A stretch of DNA of 64,000 nt from Lama glama (lineage: Eukaryota), in NCBI GenBank assembly GCA_028534125.1, contig CM052817.1:95358001-95422000 (forward strand), written 5' to 3'. Below, piece by piece: positions 23,479 through 36,400 of the stretch. How positions within the stretch are numbered: position 1 is the stretch's first letter; each line of letters starts with the position of its first letter. Position numbers and translations under genes: made by a program. The notes beneath the pieces are model-generated. The model saw only the letters and a list, made by a program, of their open reading frames with translations, searched no databases and was not told the DNA's origin.

Positions 23479-25496
23479 GTTAGTGTTTCTCGGGGTTGTT
23501 TCTGCAGCAAGGTGGGGGTGGTGGGTGTGAGAGAGACAGACGTGGGCTTGTTTTTCTAGTTGCTTAATGTATATGAAGGCTTCCCGGGAGAGCGTTTCCT
23601 TGATGTAGTCTGGGAAGGGAGGAGGAACAGACGCCTGCCGGATCTTACAACTACAGTAGCTGCGGCTTTTGTTTATTTGGAGGCGCGGACGATTTTTACA
23701 TGCACTTTGCTGGACCCCCCAGTAAGGCGCGTCCCTTCGGAAAATTGAGGCGCGTCTCAGAACCAGCTCCCGAGAGAGCATCGTTGTCGTGAGTGCTGTG
23801 ACCACCTGCCTTTTTCTTTCCCCTAAGGTTCTCTTGCCCTTATAGCTGAAGTTTGAAAGTAGGTGGAAGTAGGTAGGATACAGAAGTTGCCTGATCTCTC
23901 TCTGTTTCTGTTGCTGAAACTCTTAGCCCGCAGCTCAGTGGCAGAATATTCGCTTTTATTTCAGAACATTGCTCGCTCTGATCGCCTGTCGTGGATAACA
24001 TGCCTCCTTTCAGTAACACAATAAGAAAACTGTTCTCTGCCCAGGTTGAATTTTCATCTTGTTTCTGGTTACCACTTGCCGCTTTATTGGAGGTAGGTGA
24101 GCTGTATTGGAACCACTATTTAAAGAGAATGGAGGCAGAATCAGTGTTCACTGCCCCCAGGATTTTCAGTTAATATAAATATTTTGCATTAGGGTTGTTC
24201 TGACGGAGGTGCCAGGCCTCAGTATGCTGTACTGATTGAAGTGTTTGTCCTCCCCAGCCCCCTCCCTCTTCCCCATTTGCAGTTATTTGATATTTCTGTG
24301 CAGGTGGTGTACATTTGTGGAATACTGCAATTCTTAGGAAACTATAACCAGTGTCGTGGGAGATGATTTGCTAGAGGTGGGTGATGCCAGAGCCTCTGGA
24401 GGATCTGGGCAGGGTCGGATTTCTTCTGAGGGGAGGGTTTTGTCCTTGATTTAGTTGTGACCCCTCCGACCATAGGTATGTAACCAAATACATTTTTTCT
24501 TTTTGTAGTATCCTTTGGTTTTATAACAATGAAGAGCTGATGATCTTAGCATTTTAGAGAGATGACAGTTTTTAGGCCATTAGAAATGTTAACCTCTTAC
24601 ACCTCTTGGAATTTAATTTTCGTTTTCTACTGAGTTCATTAAAGCATTAAGAAGAAGTCAGTCTCATTTTCCCACGTACATTTATTAGTTAAAAACTAAA
24701 TTGCAGCTGGTAATTTTGATTTCTAGTAATTCTGGGTTCAGTAGCTTGGTTGGATTGGAAAAAGAATAAACTTGAGTGTAATTAGACAAGAATATTTAAG
24801 CTGCAGTCGCCTACATAATCAAGGCCAAGTTGTGTGTGTATAAAAGATCTCATTTGTGTAGTCTTACAAGGCTAATGGAGGCATCATGGAGGCTTTATAA
24901 ATAATGTAAGTTGTGTATAATATGGAGTCTCCAGAGACAGCAGAGAAAGCATCATTACCAGCCTTTTCAACCTGCCTGAGATCTTAAATTGATTTACAGC
25001 ACTGAACTGGTGCAAAATGATACATCAGGATGACATGGGGTCAGCCTGTAAAAGTCTATGATGTCAGCCTATTAGTTCAGTCATCATAATTAAACTGTAT
25101 TACAGGGGCAACTAAGCAGGAGTCTGGCGTTCTTCAGATATGGGTGGTACATGGATTTTGTTTGTAGTGGAAAGGCCGAACCGCTAGCGTTCCTGAAAAC
25201 GGAGAAGGGCTTACAGAACTCTGAGTCTCTGAAAAAATTGAGGATAAGTTAAGGGATGTGCAGTCTGCATTGTCTAAGTAGCTTTCCATTTGGTAGTGGA
25301 GAAATGCATGCTTTGAGGGTTGCCAGTAAGGACCTTTGCAGCTCTGATCCGTGTACTGTATCAGGCTTCATGTGAGCTTGAATTTAAGTTGGCCTTGGGG
25401 ACCTTCGGAAATATCGAAGGACCTTGTACTTCATGTCTCTGATCCTTCTATTAATGCTGAGTTGCTCTTAATTGATGCATCTGCTGATAAGTTATT

Positions 25497-25550
25497 TTTT
25501 TTTTAACTTACAAGCTTTTGCACAGCAAAGGAAACCATAAGCAAAACAAA
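25497..25550. mobile_element. Tiny L1 insertion: poly(T) plus inverted ORF2 fragment
   Basis: AACTTACAAGCTTTTGCACAGCAAAGGAAACCATAAGCAAAACAAA encodes LTSFCTAKETISKTK (L1 ORF2); flanked by an AAGTTATT duplication. Confidence 0.7.
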
Positions 25551-25696
25551 AAGTTATTACTTTAACAAGTCTAGTTATCAGGTCTCCAATGAAAACAGAG
25601 ATATTTGAATTTAACATATGAACAACTTGAGAAAAGAAGATTCTTATTCTTTTCTTAAATTTCTGGCAATCCTTGTTCGGTTTATGGGTCATTTAG

Positions 25697-25900
25697 GGCT
25701 GTGCCGTCCAGTAAAGCAGCCATAACCGCACGCGGATATTTACATTGAAATTAATGAAAGTTAAATAAGAATTCGTCTTCTCAGTAGCAATGGCCACATT
25801 TGAAGGGCTCAATAGCTAATGTGGCTCATGGCTCCCACACTGGGGAGCGTAGGCACAGAACCGTCTCATCATCCCAGAAGGCTGTGTTGGACACTGCTGC
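25697..25900. mobile_element. MER3/MER33-like hAT MITE
   Basis: GCTGTGCCGTCCAG..GGCCACATTTGAAGGGCTCAATAGCTAATGTGGCTCATGGCT..TTGGACACTGCTG. Confidence 0.65.
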
Positions 25901-27849
25901 TCTCCAGCCCTTGCCTCTCATCCTCCTTTTCTGCTCATCTTTTGGCTGCTTCTCTGCTTGCTACCTGTGTGGATGAGGTGGTGGGGTCAAAGACAAACAG
26001 ATACATGTCAGTTTTGCTACTTTCTGGTTGCTCTTGTTGAAGTTTGGAAGTGACAGTTGAAGCTATGGGAGAAAATGAGGTTGACTTTTCAGTGGAAACG
26101 TGCGTATCACTGGGGTCATGGATTCTAATTTGATTTAGAGCTTTGGGCAGGAGGAGTAAACGGTAGCTGATTTTTTTCCTGTGTTTTTACTATGTCCTCG
26201 TGTTCAATACTCATCTCATTTAAGCCTCAGAACTTCCCTAAGTACTGCTATTGTCTCATTTTACAGGTCAAGAAACTGAGTTCAGACTGATTCATTGCCC
26301 TGCCTCAGGGTACATACATGATTATAAGCTTGGGTGTGTTGTGAACCAGGCAGTGTGACTCTGGAGCCTCCCTGTTAACTGTATCTGTATGAATACGGTT
26401 GTCCAGAATACTTAAATAATCATTGTTCTGCTGGGCTTCATTAATTCCAGTGTAGACGTGACTTTACTTTTATTTTTTCGGCTTTTAAGCAGATTTGCCC
26501 TCTGTTGTGCTTTTCTAGGCTGTCGTCTCTTGTCTTCTTATAAGTGCTTAATAAAGGAAACATAATGTGAATATGTATCTCAGCAGAATATAATTAGAAG
26601 AATAAGTCTGACATAAAAGTAATGCCAAATTAGTTTTATCTCTGCTTTTCTGGATAATTCCTGTCACGTTCCCCTTGGCTTTCTTTTATATAATCATGAG
26701 CTGATGGTACTGAAAAAAGTTCTGGTATTCAGTTTATCTTGTCAAAATTAGTCTTCCCTTAGGTGTTAAATAAACCCTGCACCTTGAGAGACAAATAGTT
26801 CATTGCCAGTTCTTTGGAATTTTTTTCTTTTTACATTTAATGTTACCTTTTGTATGGTTTTACAATTCAGTCGTTCATAAATTTTCTTTTTCTTTTCTTT
26901 CTTTCTTTTTTTTTTTTTGGTTTAAGAATCTGATGAAACTGTAGAGTCTGTCTCCTTGTCACTCCCACCTGCCAGTCCAGAAATGCTTATATGCCCTCAT
27001 AGGCTTGTGTGTACACAGAAGTACGCAAATTGCATGACACTTCAGGTAAAGGACATCATGGGACTGCCTTGTGTTCAGAAACATTAAGATTTGTAATTTC
27101 CTTTACGAAGAATAGAGATATCGCCTGTGAAAAGCTGCTCTGAAAGTTTTCTTATCCAGCTGGATGATATCAAATTGAGCAATCCGAGGCCCACGGAAGA
27201 CACCAGACTTGCTCTCTGTCTGCCTATCTATCTGGTGATTGGAGGAGAGAAGGCCTAAATCCAGGTCACTCTCATTGTCACCTTCTCATTTGTTTATTTT
27301 TTCCTACCGCACTCGCTGTGTTCCTGGGGCTTTGGTCTGAGCATAGCCAGTGTTATTTGGGGAGGGGAGGAAAGAAGAATTTTTTGGCGTGATAGTGACT
27401 TTTGTTCCCAGCATTGTTTGAACTGAGTAGGATCAAGTCTGACAACCTCAGAGAGTTGTTTTTTACAGACTAATACTGATTTTTTTTTTCATTTTAGAGA
27501 TGGAACAGAAAAGCCCTATGCCTGGTTTAATCATGGGACCTTACTAGAAAATGGGTGATCCGAGATGGTACAAAGTTCAGACTAAATCAGGCAGTTCTGC
27601 TCTACGCATCTCTTTTTGCTCTCAAAAACAAATCACATTCCCAACCAAAAGCTACAGACAGATTGGGATATTTAGGGAAGGAGCTTGGGGGCACTAGGGA
27701 GAGAGTTGGAAAGGTCTAAGGAGAAAAAGGATAATTTACATATGGAAAGGTAGAGAAATTCCATATTAAGTCATAAAATGCCATTGAAGTTGATGGAGTG
27801 TTCTCAGTAATTGTACTTTGGTATGTGGTTTTTCTTTTCTTTTTTTTAA

Positions 27850-28012
27850 AACTTACTATTACTGATTTATTGTAAGTGGATACAAGTCAGGAACAGCCAG
27901 GTGGAAGGGATGCACAGGCCAGGTGCAGGGAAGGGGCACAGAGCTTCCATGCCCTCTCCAGGCTCCCCTTCCTCTTGACACCTTCACGTGGTCACCAACC
28001 TGGAAGCTCTGG
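27850..28012. mobile_element. MER21-like ERVL LTR fragment
   Basis: GGATACAAGTCAGGAACAGCCAGGTGGAAGGGATGCACAGG..GAGCTTCCATGCCCTCTCCAGG..CAACCTGGAAGCTCT. Confidence 0.65.
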
Positions 28013-29562
28013 CTTTACTTTTTGGTGCCAAGAATAGCAGGACGTGCTCTGATAACAAATAGAGGCATCTCCATTTTGCTGCGAACTGAAGTCCCTTGAC
28101 TCTGTTCCTTTTGTGCTGTTAAACCTCGGAGAGCAGCGGTTCAGTCTAATCTGGTGAGCTGTCATCTGATTTGCCGCAAAAATACCTGAAGTATTTTTTA
28201 ACACTTCTTCTAGAGTTACTTCCTTTAAAAAAAAAAAAAAAGACTAAGCTAAATCGCATGAATGTACTTAAAATCTAAGTCAAAATCTTCACTTTGGTGT
28301 TCCTTATTAAGATGGTGTCGGTTTTAGAGATGTACTACTAGTCATGGAAAAGTAACATTTGCAGGTGCTGTGGCTGACGTGCAGAAATGAGCGGGCTCTG
28401 TAGAGCATTCATTTCCATAAGGAAAGCTATCTTTCTGATGGGAAGAGCCAAAATTTTCTTAAACAGTTCGGCTCCAGTGACTGTATCAGATTTTTAGGCA
28501 GGTACTGGGAACTGCAGGATTCGAGCAGTTTAACATCTTTGTGATTTTTGTTAGAAGCCAAATCAGAACTTTAGGGAAGACTCCATCCTGAAGATAAAGC
28601 ATCAAACCCTCTAAGGTTTGAGGAAATCCTTACCTGGCCATTCTCCCAAATCCCTGCTCAATTCCTAGTGTTCAGGTAAGGAGCCTTCTTCTCTTATAAG
28701 AACGCAGGCCTGCGGTGTGGTGGATTGGTTTCTTAACTTATTTTCTTGAGATAGACAAGCCTGAATTTCAAGGAAAACATATATACACACCACAGTTAAT
28801 TATGCATCTGTATGCTTTGAGCTCACAATGAAAATATGTAGTCACTATGGCATGTTTGCAAAAAGGAGAGTAAGAGAGGTCTAGCTTTGGATTCAGCAAT
28901 GTATTCATATGCATAAATTTTTAATGCTTTATTTTTAGTTTCTGCTTAATTTTAGGGCAGCTGTACTATATTTTTTCCTACAGTCTCGGATAGTTAGGTA
29001 TAGTTACTCAAACTATTCATTCATTTTCCTCTCCTTGTCTGTCTTTTGTGGTTTCTTTGTGGTGTGCTTATGCAAAGTGGAAGTATTTCAGACCTTTATA
29101 GTTTTTTTTCTTTCAGTTTCAAATACTGCAAGAAAAAAAAAGAAACTAATTATCTTTCAAGTACTATAATTAGGCATTAAATTAAGTCATTATTTAGTTA
29201 GCTAAATGTAAGATCCTTTGTTGGTTTCGACTGAAAGAAAACATGTCTTTTTAATGGAGGAGAGGGGTATTAAATATCTCCTCATTGGATAATTTTGATG
29301 CAGTATTGTAATGAGCATATGTTTCACTTACTCAAAGATTTATTAGTTCAGAGCGGCTCAGTAACTGCAGAGAAGGCACATAAAAATGAAAAATTAAATG
29401 CAACATTACAAGAGTTGCTGCAAGGTAGTATAGGAGTAAGTGGTGCAAACTGCTCACCTGAGGCCCTCCATGGTATGGAAGGGCGGGTGGGTTTGCATAG
29501 TAGGAGGAAGAGGCATTCTGGGCGAGCAGTGGTGGAGACTTGGGGTAAATACGAGTGTTAGG

Positions 29563-29740
29563 AGCTGTCCAGTGGAACTCTGTATGTATGCCATCCGATA
29601 CTGTAGCCACTAGCTACAAGTGGCTGTTCTGCACTTAAAAGGTGGCTAGCACAACTGAGGAGTACTGCATTTTTAACTTTCATTTATTTATGTTTAAATA
29701 GCCACCAATTTAGCAATGTGCTGTCACTGGACAGCACAGA
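29563..29740. mobile_element. MER3-like hAT MITE within antisense L2 fragments (~29330-31150)
   Basis: GCTGTCCAG..TAGCCACTAGCTACAAGTGGCTGTT..GTGGCTAG..CTGGACAGC. Confidence 0.6.
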
Positions 29741-31164
29741 CCTGGAGGCTGGTACGCAGCTCTGCCCGACCCCCGTGGTATTTCTGATGGGGCCCCTTGT
29801 ACAACGAGCTGGGAGAGGTGTTCGGGAAGATTAAGCTGGATGAAGATTTGAGGACCTTAGCATGCCAGAACCTGGAAGAACTGGAAAGTCACTGAATGTT
29901 TTTGAGCATGCAGTTTGGGGTGGAGGGGTAGAGCATTTATGCCAGGAGAGTAAGGAAGCTCTTTTGAGTTCTCTCTCTAAGGAGGTGGGTTGTGTGAGCC
30001 AAAAAACACTTGGTGATTATTTGGCTATGGGGTAGTGGGAGAGAAAGGTGTCAGAGATTATTCTTAAGTTTCCATCCTGAGTGGCTGGAAAATAATAAAG
30101 CCTTTACTTAGGAAGAGAGAAGAACTGGTTGTAGAAGGAATAAAGCTTGTGTGGGTGATAAATCAGAGTTGACAGGTTGAATTTGAGGTGAGGTATCTCA
30201 GTATTCCACAGGCAATTTGGAGATAACGTAACTAAGCTAAAGCCTAGGGAAGGGCTCAGAGCTTTACATGGAGATTCGCGGTAGTCATCTACTGGGACTA
30301 ATGGGAACGATGATTGAACATCTAAGAACAGATGGGTATTTGGAAAGGACCATGAACTGAAAAAAAGAGCTGGTGAGTTCAATCTTCCATTGATGCCACA
30401 ATTAGGAATCAGTTGAAGGGAGAGGCATGTTTGAAGTAGACAAAAGAAGGAACGAACTAAAAGAAAGATGTGGGGTGAGAGGATGCCAAGGGAAGAGAGA
30501 TTCCAGACATCGGTTCAAAGGGGGAGATGTTGTATGGTTCAGGGTGAAGGGGAAAATGTCAGCGCAATCAAGTGAACGTAGTTGAGGGGGAAGGACTGAG
30601 TATATTAAGAAATGAGAAATAGAGTCTTATATGCCCTCGAGTGACTTATGTTTCAAACTAGACGAGATGTCTTCATATTCGAAGGTTGAGGGAAAGAAGT
30701 TAATGGACGGAGAACAATCAGAGATGATGGAGTTAGTGATCTGGAGCACGGGGGATGTGTATCCATCCGTCATGGTAAGGAGGGAGATTGAGAAAGAAGC
30801 AGAATGGGGTCTAGGTTAGAGAGGAAAGCAGATGGCAGAGCTCACGCCAGCTGCACGGGGTTTCCTAGTAGGGTAGGAGTCTGATCAGTCCCTTCATTAG
30901 GCTGGTGAGCTGTGGGAATCAGAAAGTGGTACTGGAAGTTTAAGAATAACAGAGAAGTTTTGGAAGAACCATTGTAGGTGGTTGTCAGGAGATCTATGGA
31001 GAGCTCGAAGTTTGAACAGTCGAGGGAAGCCTGGGGTGAGGTTTGAGGTGGCTGTAGAGTACACTAGGTCATTGTCGCTTTTTAGTGTGACTTGTTGGCC
31101 CGAAAGTAAGATTGGAAAGGAATGTTGATAGAGATGATTCTGGCTTAGAGATAGCCAATAGATT

Positions 31165-31560
31165 AAGAAATAAGGCTCTAGAGTCAGGTTGCCTGAGTTT
31201 AAGTCCACGCCCCAACACTTACTTGCTTTTTATAACCTTGGGAAAGCTGCTGTTAACTTTTGAAGCTCACTTACCCTCATCTGAAAAATAGAGATAATAG
31301 TACCAGCCTCAGGACTGATCATAAGATGAAATGAGTTAGCCTCCCATGTTTCATTTAATCTGGGATGCTGCTAATTGTAAGACATTATTCCATGTACTAT
31401 TGAGGAAAAAGCCATCAGTTAGTACGTGACGTACAGTTGATTGTAAACTTCCTGGTTTGGCGCGGGTGGGTGTGCGTCTTGCAGTCAGTGAAGCACGGAA
31501 TACCCAAAGGACTCAGCAGTAGGACCTGGAACATAATAAGCATTCGGAAAATGTTAGCTA
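31165..31560 (+). mobile_element. MIR SINE split by a TcMar MITE
   Basis: GGCTCTAGAGTCAG..ACCTTGGGAAAG..CATCTGAAAAATAGAGATAATAGTACC; 3' part ACCTGGAACATAATAAGCATTC. Confidence 0.65.
31343..31498. mobile_element. MER104/Kanga-like TcMar-Tc2 MITE
   Basis: Imperfect TIRs CCATGTTTCATT / AGTGAAGCACGG; subterminal GATGCTGCTAATTGTAAGAC and TGTGCGTCTTGCAGTC. Confidence 0.55.
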
Positions 31561-32774
31561 CGTACAAAAGTCACTGTGGTTTTAGAGTCTAGAATCTTAG
31601 ACCAATATCGAATCTAATCTCCATAAGGGGTCATGGGTTATGAGGAGTCTAATGGATTAAATGAATTGAAAAGAGTTAAGCGGTGGAATCCTGGTAATGA
31701 AATTGTGAGATAGCAAGTTTGGGAATTTGTAGATGGAGCGTTTCCCTGGCAATTTCAGATAAAGGTTTTTAAGAAAAGTATAGTAATTGAACTAAGAGAA
31801 GAAGGCCCTCTAAATTGCCCAAAGCTTTTAAAAGTAATTGTTCTGAGTTTGTCTATGGTTTTTCTTACAGTATTCATTAGTGTAAAAAAATTTTTTTTTC
31901 ATTAACGTTATAGATGCTCAGTGCAAAATATTTCTGGCATGTATTCTCGTCATAGTGTCAGAAGGAAAGGGGGAGATTGATTCGTGTCATTTCACGAAAT
32001 GGTGGGGGGCGGGAAGTATTAATAGCTACCTGTAGAGCTCTATAAACACGGCTCCAACGGCAGGAACCATAAAGGAGAAATTTATGGATTTGGTAACATT
32101 TCTGTGACCAAACACACACTCACAAATGACCGCACACAAAATCACAACCTTTCAGTAACAAATTTGCTTCAAGTTATTCTTCTTTGTAAGAAGCTTTTTA
32201 AATCAATAGAAAATACCACCCCTAAGAAAAATTGGTAAAGGGCATGAACAGGCAATTCACAAACAAATGCAATGCAGGCTGCTAATTAACAAACTGTTCT
32301 GCTGTGTCCTGGAGCAGATGCGTCATTGGAATGGGGACCTTGTCTTTTTTACTTTATTGTATCATTCTTTGTGGACCGGGAAGTATTACTCTGGGGAAAC
32401 TGGGCTTTTCTCATTGTAGGAAAGGAAGCCAGATTTCCCACCTCCTAAAAGAAGCTGGAACTATAAGGAAGCATGTAAGCCAGAGTGGTAAGGGACAGGC
32501 CATCTCTATCCCATTTCCTTGGCACTGCTTTGCTGCCCTCGGGACAGGACTTGGGCTAGGAGTCTTCTCATTCGAATGTGAGGTGTTCTCAGCCCTTTAG
32601 GGGCTGTAGTTTTGTGCAGTTTCTCGATCAGCTCTCATGATCGGTGAACCTTAAGGACACCTTAAGGTTCGAAAGGGGCCTCTTTCCCTCCTACCTGAGT
32701 TGCAGTATTAGATTTGATTTGTAGTGGAATTTCCTTATTCACATGAGACACAGTTATGGTCTTGGAACGTGGAT

Positions 32775-33495
32775 TTTTTGTTTTTTAATTGAAATATAGT
32801 TGATTTACAATGTTGTGTTAGTTTCTGATGTACAGCATAGTGATTCAGTTATACATATCTTTTTCATGATTTGTCATTACAGTTATTACAAGCTGTTGAA
32901 TATAGTTCCCTGTGCTATATATACAGTAAGACCTTGTTGTTTATCTATTCTGTATATAGTGCTTTGTGTCTACTAATCCCAGACTCTTAATTTATCCCTC
33001 CCCCTGCCTTTCCCCTTTGGTAATTGTAGATTTGTTTTCTGTGTCTGTGAGTCTATTTCTGTTCTGTAAATATGTTCATTTGTATCATATTTTAGATTGC
33101 ACACTTAAGTGATGTCCTATGGTATTTGTCTTTGTCTGACTTACTTTACTTAGTGTGGTCATCTTTAGGTTCATCCATGTTGCTGCAAATGGCATTATTT
33201 CATTCTTTTTTTATGGCTGAGTAGTATTCATACACACACACACACCCACACCCACACCCCCACACCCACACCCACAACTTCTTTATCCAGTCATTTATCA
33301 TTGAACATTTAGGCTGTTTCCATGTCTTGGCTATTGTAAACAGTGTTGCTCTGAACACTGGGGTGCGTGTGTCTTTTTGAATTAGAGTTCCCTCCAGATA
33401 CATTCCCTGGTGTGGGATTGCTGGATCATACGTTAGTCTATTTTTAGTTTTTTAAGGAATCTCCATACTTTTTTCCACAGTGGCTGCACCAAATT
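32775..33495 (-). mobile_element. 5'-truncated young L1 (3'UTR plus ORF2 C-terminal remnant)
   Basis: ORF 33200..33403 (-) [43 protein letters not shown] matches the L1 ORF2 C-terminus. A (CA)n/(CCCACA)n microsatellite is expanded at ~33231-33277. Confidence 0.9.
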
Positions 33496-36400
33496 ATTAC
33501 AACATGGTTTTAATTATTGAGATGGACTAGTTCATAAGGTATTAAAGAGAAAAGCTCTCCGATGTAGTAAAACCTCCTGGGTGAGAGAAATTTAAGGAGT
33601 TAGGCATCAGTATTTAATTTCCCAGATTTTCTCTAAAGGGTGGTAGGGTCATGGGTGTAAGAAAGGCTTTCCATGTGTCACCCATAAGGCGGTTATTGGT
33701 GGGGTCCTTACCTAAATGAAACACACTCAGTCTTACCTCAGCTTTGAGTTGTTACCTGGCCTCTAGACAGAAGAGAATTTGTCAGCATCTCTGCCCCACC
33801 ACCTCCTTTCTCTTAAATGATCTGCCAGTATTTCAAATTTGGAGGCAGGGGAAGGCTTTTGAATGTCACCCACAGGCTTACCACTTACGTGTTATCATCT
33901 TCTCTTCATTTTTTATGTCCTTTCTGTGGATGGTGACTGGGAGTCAGGGGCCTGTGCATCGGTCAGACCCATTCCTCAAACTCTAAGCTAAATTGGGGAG
34001 GGAGGATGAAAGCTGGCAAAATGTCTTAATTTTATCAAAATTGGTCATTAATTTTTATGGGTAGCTTTTCATGGAAGGGAGTGATCATGCTGCCGTGAAT
34101 GTTGCCTTGGAGAGTACACGTTTAGCCCTCTGCAGCCCAGGACGGCTGCCTGAATGGAGCTTACCATCTCGTCTGTCACAGCTTTCCATTGTGCTCCGTG
34201 TCCGCTGCAGGCTTTGCAGTCTGGCGTATTTAATAACAACCTCTGTATTTCCCCCATGTTCTTGTTTGTGTGCTCAGGACTTCGGTTCGGTTCGTTCAAG
34301 CTTGAGAGAATGTTTGATTGGTTTCTAATGGTCTTCTGTTAACTGTGAACAAAATTAACTTGATTATTATTGAAATGATTGGCACCCAGACTTACATATA
34401 TGGCTTTTATTTGCACTTAAATGGTGAAGAGTTTTGTCCTGTCAAATCATGGGGCTGAAATGTTGATCTGTATTCCAGGAAAGTCTCCTTTTGAATAGGT
34501 GCATCCTCACTGTGAGCTTCTGCTTTTTGTTGAGCCAATATTAATCCATTCAGCAAGTTCTTCCTGCGTCCAGCACTGGGCTCTGTTTCAGGGAGGTTTG
34601 GAGAAACGTGTAAGTCAGTTTCTGCCCTGCAGAAGTAATCCTACTGCTAAGAGGAGATTATGGTTATATGAAAACTTCAGTAACAAGCCATCGTTATTAA
34701 TGTCGTATCATCTTAGTTGAAGGCTGTTTCTCCACTTGGGTCAGCCTTTAAACATCACGGGACTGGTAAGGAGCTGATGTTGTTGGAGAGCTCCTGTGTC
34801 CTGCCCACTTCCAGCTTAGTTGATTCTTTCAGCAAGTTTTTGAGTATCTATATTTATACTTATAGTGTATCTCTTGTGCAGCTTGATAAAGTTGGAATAA
34901 GGGATCATAAATGTAGAATTTGCACTGAGATCTTATAACTTGGAGGAAAAATACAAACCTGCTTGCCTGCTGTGCCTTCTGTTTTACTAGCTTTTGTTAC
35001 AGTTACTAATTCTTTGGACTGAGTTCCTGAGTGTGTGTGGACAGTGTCTTTCTGATCTTGATGTTAACACTCTGGTTCTTGCTTTGTCTGCACAGCAGAA
35101 TCCCATGAACAACCACCACGACAAAAATGCCAGGCCCTCCCTGAGAGGGCCTGTCCTGGGGTTGGGGGCCTGGTGGCCTTTCAGCAGGCACCACAGGTGA
35201 GTCTTATGTACAGCACTGTTAAGGACTGTCGGCTGGACACACAGTACTGATGTGGTAGTGAGTTTTTTCATATTGATGTGCTTTTAAACACATGCCAGGA
35301 ACCAGGGCCTGTGGGTTCGTTGTGAGAAAAACTGTGTCTTGTCCATCCAGCAGCACGTGGTGCCCTGTGATGTCTGTCACAGCTGCTCCAGACACCCCAG
35401 GCAATTCTGACGGTTAACTTCTTTGCTCCCTCTTTTTTAGGAAGAAAGGATATGTGTGTCTGAGCTCTTTCCCTTTTTCCTCCTTGAAGGAATCAGCAGT
35501 TCTTGTGTCCTCGGGTCTGGAAGTGGAGCTGATAAACAAGCCTGCCGTGGCCCTTGTAACTGTAAGCGTGGGGATGCTGGGAACTGTATCATACCCATTC
35601 TCCTTCTCCTGCACCTTTATGTTGGTAATAAGTGCTTGAAGAATTGTTTGGTTACATGGTGTATTACTGGCTCTCTTAAAACGGACAAAGGAGGAGAACT
35701 TGGGTTTTGAAGTCTTCTAAGAGCACCCTCTTTATTAGGTTTTTTCATCCCGATTGGAAAATCTCTCACCGTGGGGAGGTTAATGGCTAGAACTGGACTG
35801 AACAAGTGATCTGAAGCAGAAGAGGGCTAAGTTTATGGTCCGGGTCTCACCTAATCCTGTAGGTGCTGCTTGCTTGTGTCCACAGCATGATTTCCCTCAC
35901 CCCATGCAGGACGGTGTGTCCGTCCTCTTAGCTGGAGGCAGGGCTTACTGTTCTGGGAGAGGGCCGCTGCTCTTTGTTCAGTTTCTCCTCTGACGTGGCC
36001 AGGTGAACGCTTGTAAGTCCAGTTTAGTTTTTGGCAGATTGAAAACAGGGCGTCATTAATCATCACGTGGAGGAGAGTGATATCTGGCTGATCTCAGTGG
36101 TTGTTTCAGAGGTTATGTAAACTCTGATTTTGAGAGGTTACTTTATTCTTCAAATGACAGATTTACTGGAAAGGGGACAGGACCAAATTGCTCTTGAAAT
36201 ATTTGAATAATACAAAACCTTTCTTTGGTAAGAAATTCATACATTGAGAAATTTTAAGGATATTTGAATTGTTAGTGGAAAGGGGACTAGGGGGCTAGAA
36301 TGGGAAGGAAACTTGCTTTTTGTTATAATGTGCCATTTTGTAGAACTGAATTTTTTGAGCATGTGATTGAGTTCTTTAATAAAAAGTACCTTCCCCCCCA

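Larger units (their letters stand above)
22020..23790 (+). promoter_or_regulatory. SMAD1: CpG island / SMAD1 promoter
   Basis: Very GC- and CpG-rich block in an otherwise CpG-poor window; GC boxes (GGGCGG, GGGCGTGG), (GGC)n runs, no obvious TATA box; lies ~25 kb upstream of the SMAD1 coding exon. Confidence 0.92.

Noticed and set aside
22101..23805. Long overlapping ORFs (up to 339 aa) on both strands
   Set aside because: Arg/Pro/Gly/Ala-rich low-complexity translations are expected from stop-poor GC-rich CpG island DNA; there is no recognisable domain.
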